A stretch of 59,323 nucleotides of DNA. Source: an uncultured Pseudomonadota bacterium (GTDB taxonomy: Bacteria > Pseudomonadota > Alphaproteobacteria > Rs-D84). The DNA lies in the NCBI GenBank assembly GCA_949288265.1, contig CASEJM010000024.1, positions 1 to 59,323 on the forward strand. Reading direction: 5' to 3'. The translations under genes were made by a program, and so were the position numbers. Position 1 is the first letter of the stretch, and each line of letters starts with the position of its first letter. Shown here piece by piece: positions 51,843 to 59,323 of the stretch. The notes under the pieces are model-generated. The model saw only the letters and a list, made by a program, of their open reading frames with translations, was not told the DNA's origin and did not search any database.

Positions 51843-53468
51843 ATGTTTGAAATCGGAAAGGATATTTTTAAACATGGTTTTTTAAGTGCCTCTAGTGATA
51901 GAAAGGGGCATCGACGTATGCGTATAATTTATTATTTCTTTGTCGCTGCTTTTGTACTATTCGTGGGAAGAACTTTACAATTAGGAGTAGAAGGAACGGA
52001 TCGATCTCGTCGTGCGGGGGCAGATGGTGCTTGGATGGTTCAGCGGGCTGATATCGTCGATAGGAATGGGGATATATTAGCTAAAAATATCATGTCTGGT
52101 CATATAACTTTACGACCACCATATGTAAAAGATAGAGATAAAGTTGCTGAAACTATACACAATATTTTGCCATATGAATATACTTTGGCTCAGGCTTTAG
52201 GACTGGTTAATTCTTCTCGTAAATTTTTATATGTTAAAAAGTACGCATCGGACTCTCAACGTGAGGTTGTAGAAACAGCAAAATTATCCGGGTTGGAGAT
52301 AGAAGCTGAACAAAAGAGAAGATATCCAAAACGAAGGTTGTTTTCGCATGTCATCGGTTTCGTAGGACGAGATGGTTATGGATTAGAGGGCGTTGAACGT
52401 ACTTATGATGACTATTTACGTGAAAATACAGACCCGTTACAACTTTCGCTGGATGCACGAATTCAGGCCGTTTTTTACGAACAATTGTCTATGGCGATGC
52501 AACACTATCAGGCCAAAGCCGCAATGGGTATGCTGATGAATTCTCGTACAGGTGAAATAATTGCAATGGTATCGTTACCTGATTATGATCCAGAAAATAT
52601 AAATTTAGACCCAGCTGCAAATAGATTATTTATGCCATTGCGGGGTGTATTTGAAATGGGTTCTATCTTTAAAATATTTAATACGGCAATGGCCATGGAA
52701 AATGGGATAAATAAAGAATACTATGTTGCCAAACCATTTGAAATTAAAGATAAATTTGGACGTACTGCCGCTAGGATAAGCGATGTGCGCAGTTTTAAAC
52801 CGCCTCGTCCAAATTTAACAATTGAAGAAATTATGCTTCATTCTTGTAATGCGGGTAGCGCACAAATTGCTTTGGATTTACCAGACGGTACGCAAGAAGA
52901 GTTTTTTCATCGGTTACATCTTGATGAAACTTTGGAACTTGAATTCGGGGTCACAGAAAAACCTTTAATGCCGGCAAAATGGGGACCTGTCGAACGCGCA
53001 ACGATGTCTTTTGGTCATGGAATATCTGTTACGCCGATGCACCTGCTATTGGCGGTAAACGCAATGACAAATGGTGGCATTTATATTTATCCTACGTTAT
53101 TAAAGCGGGGAGTTGGACCCATTAAAGGGGAAAGGGTTCTGTCAGCAGAAATTTCTGCCCGTTTACGCGAAATAATGTTTCATATCGCCGAAGAGACCGG
53201 TGGAAAAAAGGCAAGAGTTGCAGGGGTTGAAATAGGTGGAAAAACTGCTACGGCTGAAAAATATGAAAATGGGCGCGTAAATAATAAGAAAAATTTAACG
53301 GCATTTGCTGGTATTTTCCCAGTTTCTGCCCCGCAATATACCATATTGGTCATTTTAGATGAACCTAAGGGAACAGAAGATTCTTTCGGTTTACGAACCG
53401 CTGCTTGGAACGCCGTTCCAACAACCGGAAAAATTCTTGATAGTATACTGCCGTTGCTATTTGAATAA
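51843..53468 (+). CDS. ftsI: Penicillin-binding protein 3-type transpeptidase (FtsI)
   Basis: N-terminal TM, PBP dimer domain, and SIFK (SxxK), SCN (SxN) and KTAT (KTG-like) motifs. Confidence 0.85.
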   Translation: MFEIGKDIFKHGFLSASSDRKGHRRMRIIYYFFVAAFVLFVGRTLQLGVEGTDRSRRAGADGAWMVQRADIVDRNGDILAKNIMSGHITLRPPYVKDRDKVAETIHNILPYEYTLAQALGLVNSSRKFLYVKKYASDSQREVVETAKLSGLEIEAEQKRRYPKRRLFSHVIGFVGRDGYGLEGVERTYDDYLRENTDPLQLSLDARIQAVFYEQLSMAMQHYQAKAAMGMLMNSRTGEIIAMVSLPDYDPENINLDPAANRLFMPLRGVFEMGSIFKIFNTAMAMENGINKEYYVAKPFEIKDKFGRTAARISDVRSFKPPRPNLTIEEIMLHSCNAGSAQIALDLPDGTQEEFFHRLHLDETLELEFGVTEKPLMPAKWGPVERATMSFGHGISVTPMHLLLAVNAMTNGGIYIYPTLLKRGVGPIKGERVLSAEISARLREIMFHIAEETGGKKARVAGVEIGGKTATAEKYENGRVNNKKNLTAFAGIFPVSAPQYTILVILDEPKGTEDSFGLRTAAWNAVPTTGKILDSILPLLFE

Positions 53469-53510
53469 TTTTTGATTATAATTATTCCGATAATAAGAAA
53501 AGAGTATAGC

Positions 53511-55274
53511 GTGAGAAAAGTTGTAGATAAGTCCATGCTAGGGCAGGCATGGGCCGTGGCGACGTATCCGGGTAAAGATAATAATCCTAGCTCGGCTGAT
53601 GATTTGTTACAGAAAATTTTAATGGCTCGTGGTATCGTTGATACAGCCGCTATGGAAAAATTCTTAAATCCTTGCATTAAGGATTATATGCCTGACCCGT
53701 CTGTTTTAAAAGATATTGATATAGCAGCAAAAATAATTGCTGATAGTATATTAAATAACGAAAAAATTGCTATTTATGGGGATTATGATGTTGATGGTAT
53801 AACGTCAACTGCCATATTCGTAAAGTATTTACGTGCGTTGGGTTGTGACGTAATATGGCATTTACCAACCCGTGAAGGTGAAGGTTATGGGTTAAATATA
53901 TCTGCAATTGATGAAATAGCACAAAAAGGTACAAAGCTTATAATAACGGTTGATTGTGGAATTAGCGGTATTAATGAAGTTGAACATGCAAAGTCTTTGG
54001 GAATTCGTATCGTCGTAACAGATCATCATTCACCAGATGCTACATTGCCAAACGCAGATGCTGTTGTAAACCCAAAGCAAACTGATGATACCTCTGATTT
54101 AGATTATCTTGCAGGGGTAGGTGTTGCTTTTTTAACTTTAGTAGCATTAAGACGGGAATTAAGAAGTCGTAATTTAAATGCCGATATGTCGCAACGCATT
54201 GAAGATAATAATCCAATTAATTATTTAGATTTGGTGGCGCTGGGAACTATATGCGATACGATGCCGTTGGTTGGTTTAAATCGTGCTTTTGTGGCAACAG
54301 GGTTAAAAGTTCTTGGTATGCGTAATAATTTAGGGTTGCGTACTTTGATGGATGTTGCTGGGATAAAGAAACCTTCTGTTTATGCGGCAGGGTTTGCTTT
54401 GGGACCTCGATTAAATGCTGCTGGAAGATTAGATTCTGCTGCACCGGCTTTAGAGTTGTTATTAACTGATAATCCTTTAATTGCAAACGATTTGGCTCAG
54501 AAATTGCATAAGATGAATCAAGATAGGTTGGATATACAAAATTCAATCATGTTATCTGCAGGTGAAATGGCACAGAAATGTTGCGATTCAGGGCGATGCA
54601 GTTTGTTTGTGTGTGGGGATAATTGGCATGGCGGCGTGATGGGGATAATAGCAGGTCGTTTAAAAGATAAGTATAATTTACCCTCTTGCGTGGCAACAAA
54701 ATGTGACGGCGTAATAAACGGTTCTGGTCGATCAATTCAGGGGGTGGATTTAGGTAAAATTATACATGATGCATTGGCAAAAGGTATAATTTCAGAAGGT
54801 GGTGGTCATGCCGCAGCTGCTGGTTTTTCCTTAAGTGCAGAAAATGAACAGGCTTTTTGTGATTTTCTGGAACAGTCTGTAAAGGATCAATTAAATGGAC
54901 TTTTACCTAATAAAGAAGTTATCGCAGATGCAGAAATAGATGCGGGTGGGGCAACTTTAAAATTGATAAAAAAATTAAGCTCTTTGGAACCTTTTGGTCA
55001 AGGTAACCAAGAACCTACGCTTATTTTGCATGGGGCATCTTTGCGCTTTGTTTCTACTATGGGGCATGGTGCTCATATTCGAGGGGCTTTCATGACAAGT
55101 AGTGGAACGCAATTGGCTTTTGTCGGTTTTAATTTAGTGGGAACGCCCGTTGGTGATTTTTTACTGGACGATGCTAACACAAACACTAAAATAATGTTGT
55201 TAGGTAAGTTAAAAGAAAACGAATATAATGGTCATGTTACGGCACAGTTCTTTTTAGAGGATATCGCAATATGA
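53511..55274 (+). CDS. recJ: Single-stranded-DNA exonuclease RecJ
   Basis: DHH motifs (IYGDYDVDGITS, TVDCG, VTDHH) and DHHA1 (GGGHAAAAG). The GTG at 53511 with an AAGAG SD is a tentative start, and the ORF-track TTG is at 53472. Confidence 0.9.
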   Translation: MRKVVDKSMLGQAWAVATYPGKDNNPSSADDLLQKILMARGIVDTAAMEKFLNPCIKDYMPDPSVLKDIDIAAKIIADSILNNEKIAIYGDYDVDGITSTAIFVKYLRALGCDVIWHLPTREGEGYGLNISAIDEIAQKGTKLIITVDCGISGINEVEHAKSLGIRIVVTDHHSPDATLPNADAVVNPKQTDDTSDLDYLAGVGVAFLTLVALRRELRSRNLNADMSQRIEDNNPINYLDLVALGTICDTMPLVGLNRAFVATGLKVLGMRNNLGLRTLMDVAGIKKPSVYAAGFALGPRLNAAGRLDSAAPALELLLTDNPLIANDLAQKLHKMNQDRLDIQNSIMLSAGEMAQKCCDSGRCSLFVCGDNWHGGVMGIIAGRLKDKYNLPSCVATKCDGVINGSGRSIQGVDLGKIIHDALAKGIISEGGGHAAAAGFSLSAENEQAFCDFLEQSVKDQLNGLLPNKEVIADAEIDAGGATLKLIKKLSSLEPFGQGNQEPTLILHGASLRFVSTMGHGAHIRGAFMTSSGTQLAFVGFNLVGTPVGDFLLDDANTNTKIMLLGKLKENEYNGHVTAQFFLEDIAI

Positions 55275-56227
55275 AAAATAATTACTTGGACGTTTTGATT
55301 GATAAAATCCATACTGCACAGACTATTGCAATTGTTGGACATAAAAATCCTGATGGTGATTCTTTATGTTCTACATTAGCTTTGGCTAGGTTACTTAAAG
55401 TCAATTTTAATAAAGATGCAATATGTGTATATGATGGTAATATACCGGATATGTTAGATAACGTTCCTTTTAGGGAAAAAATGCAGTTTTGGGAACGGGC
55501 TGATTTAACAAAGAGCTTTGATTTATTTTTCGTGTTAGATTATGGAACAAAAAATCATATTGGGGGTGCTTTACCAGCCGTTAATAAAGCCAAATTTGTA
55601 ATAGAAATAGATCATCATGAAAATGCAGATACAATTGCTGATTTATGTTTAAATGATGATAAGGCTGCTGCAGTAGGTGAAATAATTTTTAATATAGCAA
55701 ATAGATTAAAGTGGACTTTAGATGATTCAGTGAACGAATTAATTGCAACATCAATTCTTACAGATACGGGCTTTTTTAGATATGTCCATAAAGGAAATGT
55801 TTTACGTAGTATGGCAAAATTAGTTGATGCTGGGATTGATATAGATCGTATATCGAATTCGTTAAATAATAAACCTCGCAAAACCGTTTTAATGGAAGCT
55901 GCGGTTGCTTCTAGAGCTGAATTTTTTAATCATGGTAAGTTGGTATTAGCTGTTATAAATGCAGATGATTACAAAAATTTAGATGGACGCGGTGAAACAG
56001 TTTTATCGTTATTGGGGCAGATAAAAGGTGTTGAATATATAGTATTGTTAAAAAGGCAGAAAGAAAATCAAACAGGCGTATCGTTGCGTAGTAAAACGCA
56101 ACCAATAGATGAGATTGCTGCCGCGTTAGGCGGTGGCGGGCATAAATGTGCAGCTGGTGCTGTTGTTCAGGATTCTTTAGAAAATGTGCAAAAAAAAGTA
56201 TTGGGTTTATTTAGGGGGATAAAATGA
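55271..56227 (+). CDS. DHH/DHHA1 phosphoesterase (NrnA-like nanoRNase/pAp phosphatase)
   Basis: GHKNPDGDSLCS, IDHHEN and GGGGHKCAAG motifs. ATGA overlap with recJ. Confidence 0.8.
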   Translation: MKNNYLDVLIDKIHTAQTIAIVGHKNPDGDSLCSTLALARLLKVNFNKDAICVYDGNIPDMLDNVPFREKMQFWERADLTKSFDLFFVLDYGTKNHIGGALPAVNKAKFVIEIDHHENADTIADLCLNDDKAAAVGEIIFNIANRLKWTLDDSVNELIATSILTDTGFFRYVHKGNVLRSMAKLVDAGIDIDRISNSLNNKPRKTVLMEAAVASRAEFFNHGKLVLAVINADDYKNLDGRGETVLSLLGQIKGVEYIVLLKRQKENQTGVSLRSKTQPIDEIAAALGGGGHKCAAGAVVQDSLENVQKKVLGLFRGIK

Positions 56228-56838
56228 GAAAGATATTTTTTGTCGTTATTGGGATGTTTTTATGTGGTTTCGCAAATGCTGCTGTTGATTCGTCTCTTGT
56301 TAGTGCGGCTGAAAAATATCTAAATTCTATAACGGGTTTGTCGGGGGATTTTGTTCAAGTTGCTAATGGTAAAAAAAACGATGGAACTTTTTCTATGCTA
56401 CGCCCTGGACGCGTTCGTTTAGATTATGATGATTTACCAGTACAATTGATTTCAGACGGTCGTGATCTTTACTTTTTTGATAAGTCTTTAGATCAAATAA
56501 CAACGGTGCCTTTAACTAGTACACCCGCAGGAATACTTATTCGTGAAAATATAGATTTAAGAAACGCAGATATAAGTGTAATCGAAACAAATGATATGCA
56601 AGATACATTTTCGTTAAAAATGAATTTGCGCGGGCAAGAAGGTTTAGGGAATATGACGGTAGTTTTTGATAAAAAACCTGTAAAGTTAAATTCTTGGACG
56701 GTCGTCGATGCAACAGGTGCAAAAACAGACGTAGCGTTTAGTGATTTGAAACCTAAAACTAATTTTGCTTCTGATTATTTTCAGATTCAGCATCATAGAA
56801 CAATTAGCACTAGTGGTGGTGACGCTTTCTACGATTAA
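56224..56838 (+). CDS. lolA: Outer-membrane lipoprotein carrier LolA-like protein
   Basis: Signal peptide. The pattern L.GDF.Q........G.F...RPG..R.DY......L.SDG..L.....L.Q is typical of LolA. Confidence 0.6.
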   Translation: MRKIFFVVIGMFLCGFANAAVDSSLVSAAEKYLNSITGLSGDFVQVANGKKNDGTFSMLRPGRVRLDYDDLPVQLISDGRDLYFFDKSLDQITTVPLTSTPAGILIRENIDLRNADISVIETNDMQDTFSLKMNLRGQEGLGNMTVVFDKKPVKLNSWTVVDATGAKTDVAFSDLKPKTNFASDYFQIQHHRTISTSGGDAFYD

Positions 56839-56840
56839 AA

Positions 56841-57152
56841 ATGTTTGGAATTAGTTGGTCCGAGTTTTTAGTAATTTTATTGGTTGGCGTGCTGGTTATT
56901 CCTGCTCGTATGTGGCCGGATGTTGCCCGTTTTTTGGCAAAGACGATAACTTTTATAAGAAAAGTAATTTGGAAAATTACAGATGCGTCCGAACAAATAA
57001 AGCAACAAATTGATTTAGAAAAACCAATTGATGATTTAATTCGTACTACAACTTCAGATATGTTAGATGGTATTTCAGAACCGTTAAAGAAAATTAGTGG
57101 GGGTAAGAAAAAAGTAAATAAGAAAACGAAAAAACAGAGGGGGCGCAAATGA
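56841..57152 (+). CDS. tatB: Twin-arginine translocase subunit TatB
   Basis: MFGISWSEFLVILLVGVLVI.P.......R......IR. It lies upstream of tatC with an overlap. Confidence 0.8.
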   Translation: MFGISWSEFLVILLVGVLVIPARMWPDVARFLAKTITFIRKVIWKITDASEQIKQQIDLEKPIDDLIRTTTSDMLDGISEPLKKISGGKKKVNKKTKKQRGRK

Positions 57153-57862
57153 AGCGAATGACCTTAGGACAACATTTTGCAGAATTGCGTCGTAGAATTT
57201 TATTTACTTTGGCAGTATTTATGATTGCCTTAGTGCTTGGGTGGTACATATCCCCTTATTTACAAAATTTATTAACCAGACCGTTGCTTATGGTATGGCC
57301 AGACGGTGAATTACTGTATACAGGAATAGCTGACGGTTTGATGATTCGTTTTTCTTTGTCTGTATTGTTTGGGTTATTTATCACTACGCCTTTTGCTTTA
57401 TTGCAATTATGGAGTTTCATCGCGCCTGGGTTACATAAAAAAGAAAGAAATTTTATATGGCCGATTTTAATTGCATCTCCATTATTATTTTTAGTTGGTG
57501 CGGCGTTCGCTTTTTATATTCTTTTCCCTTTTGTGTTCGGTTTTTTTATAGAACTAAATCAATCTGCACCAGTTCCTGCCGTTGTACTACCAGCCGCGAC
57601 AGATTATTTAGCGTTTGCTGTTGGTTTATTGAAAGTTTTTGGTATCGCGTTTCAGCTGCCGTTAGTATTAGTTTTGCTTAATAGGGTAGGGATTCTGTCA
57701 CGTGATAAAGCTGTCAAAATGCGTCGTTATGCAATCGTTTTAATAGTAGTCGTCGCGGCTGTATTAACCCCACCTGATGTAGTTTCTCAGATCTTGTTGG
57801 CACTACCTATGTGGGGTTTGTTTGAATTAAGTTTGTTGTTTATGAAAGATGATAGAAAATAG
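57149..57862 (+). CDS. tatC: Twin-arginine translocase subunit TatC
   Basis: HF.ELRRR, 6 TM, LTPPDVVSQ. Confidence 0.93.
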   Translation: MKRMTLGQHFAELRRRILFTLAVFMIALVLGWYISPYLQNLLTRPLLMVWPDGELLYTGIADGLMIRFSLSVLFGLFITTPFALLQLWSFIAPGLHKKERNFIWPILIASPLLFLVGAAFAFYILFPFVFGFFIELNQSAPVPAVVLPAATDYLAFAVGLLKVFGIAFQLPLVLVLLNRVGILSRDKAVKMRRYAIVLIVVVAAVLTPPDVVSQILLALPMWGLFELSLLFMKDDRK

Positions 57863-57884
57863 ATAAGATTTATTTTATTTTTTA

Positions 57885-57893
57885 TGATATAAT
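57885..57893 (+). promoter_or_regulatory. Extended -10 promoter (TGaTATAAT) 6 nt from the GTG at 57900
   Basis: TTTTTTATGATATAAT-TAACGT-GTG, with no SD. Confidence 0.4.
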
Positions 57894-57899
57894 TAACGT

Positions 57900-59219
57900 G
57901 TGAAAAAAATCGGATTATGCTTTATTGGGCTGGGGGCATTGCTAGTTACTGCGTGTGATTTACAGCCAAAGATTGCTTCGCTGCCTGATACGGTCGGCGA
58001 GTTTATTTCTACGCGTTATCCGGCGTTATTGGCAGATCCAGAAACGCAACCAGAAATTTATAATTCAGCAGCTACGGACTATGGTGTGTACGCATCACCG
58101 ACTTTATATGGTTCTGTCGCGGCCGATGACTATGTTGAATATGCTAGTGTTAATGACTATATAATCCCGCCAGCTAGAGAAGGGGGGGCGATGTATGGTG
58201 ATATACCAAGTCAGACATCCGTTGATTATGGTTCACCTATAGTTTCTAATGAAACGGTAATCGCTGATGCTGATAGCGAATATTTATCTGTACCAATGTA
58301 TGGTGGTTCGAAAACGGTTCAATCTACTTTTGAGGTTACTGTGCAAACGGGGGATACGTTATATTCTTTGGCTAAAAAATATGGGACTAGTGTTGATGAA
58401 ATTGCACGTTTAAATGCTTTGTCTGAACCTTACTCTTTGTATGGTGGGCAGAAATTAAAGATTCCTTCAAAATCTGAACAGACAATAGTTCAGACAGTAT
58501 CTGTACCAAATCGTTCTGCTGCAGTAAAAACTAATACTACAACACGTGTAGAATTACAAGAAATTACAGTTAAAGCCGGCGATACTCTTTATTCGTTATC
58601 TCGTCAATATTCTATACCTGTAAATGATTTAGCAGTTATGAATAATTTAAGTGCGCCTTTTACATTATCTATAGGACAAAAGTTAAAAGTACCAAATTTA
58701 AGTACAGCACCCGTTCGTACTACAACAAGTACTGCAAAAACAGAACCTGTTGCAACAACTACACAGACCTCTGCATCAAAAACTAAGGCGAAGATTTCTT
58801 CTGATCCTACTAAGAAATTACCAACTATTAGTGCCCGTTCTTCGTCTAAATTTACTTGGCCCGTTCAAGGTAAAATACTATCTAGTTATGGTTCAAAGAC
58901 AAACGGTTTATTTAATGATGGTATAAACATTGGTGCGGCTCGTGGTACAGCTGTAAAGGCAGCTGAAAACGGTGTCGTCGCATACGCAGGAAATGAAGTT
59001 AAAGGAATGGGTAATTTGATCATTATTCAACATTCTGGTGGTTGGATGACTGTATATGCGCATTTAGATTCAATGTCCGTGCGTCGCGGTACAAAAGTTT
59101 TAGTGGGGCAGAAAATAGGCACGGTCGGAGAAACTGGGAAAGTTGATCAACCGCAATTGCATTTTGAAATTCGTAAGGGTACAAAGGCATATAATCCTTC
59201 TTCATATCTAAAAAAATAA
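57900..59219 (+). CDS. LysM + M23 peptidase lipoprotein (NlpD-like)
   Basis: Lipobox LVTAC, two LysM repeats (VQTGDTLYSLAKKYG.., VKAGDTLYSLSRQYS..), and an M23 C-terminus (GINIGA..GT.V.AAENG.V.YAG......G.L.IIQH..G..T.YAH, HLHFEIR). The start is GTG. Confidence 0.88.
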   Translation: MKKIGLCFIGLGALLVTACDLQPKIASLPDTVGEFISTRYPALLADPETQPEIYNSAATDYGVYASPTLYGSVAADDYVEYASVNDYIIPPAREGGAMYGDIPSQTSVDYGSPIVSNETVIADADSEYLSVPMYGGSKTVQSTFEVTVQTGDTLYSLAKKYGTSVDEIARLNALSEPYSLYGGQKLKIPSKSEQTIVQTVSVPNRSAAVKTNTTTRVELQEITVKAGDTLYSLSRQYSIPVNDLAVMNNLSAPFTLSIGQKLKVPNLSTAPVRTTTSTAKTEPVATTTQTSASKTKAKISSDPTKKLPTISARSSSKFTWPVQGKILSSYGSKTNGLFNDGINIGAARGTAVKAAENGVVAYAGNEVKGMGNLIIIQHSGGWMTVYAHLDSMSVRRGTKVLVGQKIGTVGETGKVDQPQLHFEIRKGTKAYNPSSYLKK

Positions 59220-59241
59220 AACCGCTATGCGGTTTATATTT
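59219..59241. terminator. Bidirectional hairpin terminator shared by the nlpD-like gene and tRNA-Lys
   Basis: AAACCGC-TAT-GCGGTTT with T runs on both strands. Confidence 0.65.
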
Positions 59242-59317
59242 TGGTGGGCGCGCAGGGACTCGAACCCTGGACCCACTGATTAAGAGTCAGTTGCTCTACC
59301 AACTGAGCTACGCACCC
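59242..59317 (-). tRNA. tRNA-Lys (anticodon CTT), CCA encoded
   Basis: Manual cloverleaf: acceptor GGGTGCG/CGCGCCC, D-arm GCTC-AGTTGGTA-GAGC, anticodon arm ACTGA-CTCTTAA-TCAGT, T-arm CAGGG-TTCGAGT-CCCTG, then ACCA. Confidence 0.93.
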
Positions 59318-59323
59318 GGGTCC

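Noticed and set aside
1-59323. Screen for CRISPR arrays, long direct or inverted repeats, IS/transposase genes, prophage genes, and rRNA or other structured RNA genes.
   Set aside because: Reading the intergenic regions found none. The only recurring short elements are terminator hairpins (for example ATCCGC/GCGGAT stems) and the extended -10 motif. A computational repeat and Rfam scan would be needed to be definitive.

Overview
This is a visibly AT-rich, very gene-dense bacterial chromosome segment with about 65 protein genes and one tRNA. I found no rRNA, CRISPR array, IS element, transposase or prophage genes. The gene content points to an alphaproteobacterium, probably a host-associated or reduced lineage, but this placement is inference only. 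The supporting genes are a MucR/Ros regulator, a DUF721/DciA-type protein, SecB, a zinc-less DksA, an RHH_4 protein, a small lipoprotein ending in a DUF3035-like VPPxF motif, and ybeY and lnt in one locus. Most genes are housekeeping: yebC-ruvC, secB, recA, typA, serS, trxB, xerD, greA-mutL, yajC-secDF, ftsK, fabD, rarA, trmB, gltX, thrS, tatA, dksA, trxA, sufS-sufT-sufE, ftsL-ftsI, recJ-nrnA-lolA-tatBC, an NlpD-like protein and tRNA-Lys(CTT). The accessory-looking parts are as follows. (1) A six-gene glycosyltransferase block wedged between recA and typA. (2) Two paralogous secreted cysteine-rich proteins with eukaryote-like Cys repeats. (3) A mucR-led operon encoding a membrane-anchored lysozyme-like/TPR protein and a YbeY-Lnt fusion. 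(4) A four-gene minus-strand operon encoding a membrane protein, an HNH-like protein, a SUKH-like protein and an RHH protein. The most interesting signal is non-coding. The two longest intergenic regions precede thrS and serS. Each carries a short leader ORF with a run of the cognate codons (TTTTT and SSS), followed by Pro, a C-run/G-run hairpin and a second hairpin. Each sits behind a promoter that would make the leader ORF essentially leaderless. A recurring T-tract plus extended -10 promoter (TTTTTTATGATATAAT) lies 6-10 nt from several start codons, which suggests frequent leaderless mRNAs. All family assignments come from motif recognition by eye, and no searches were run.
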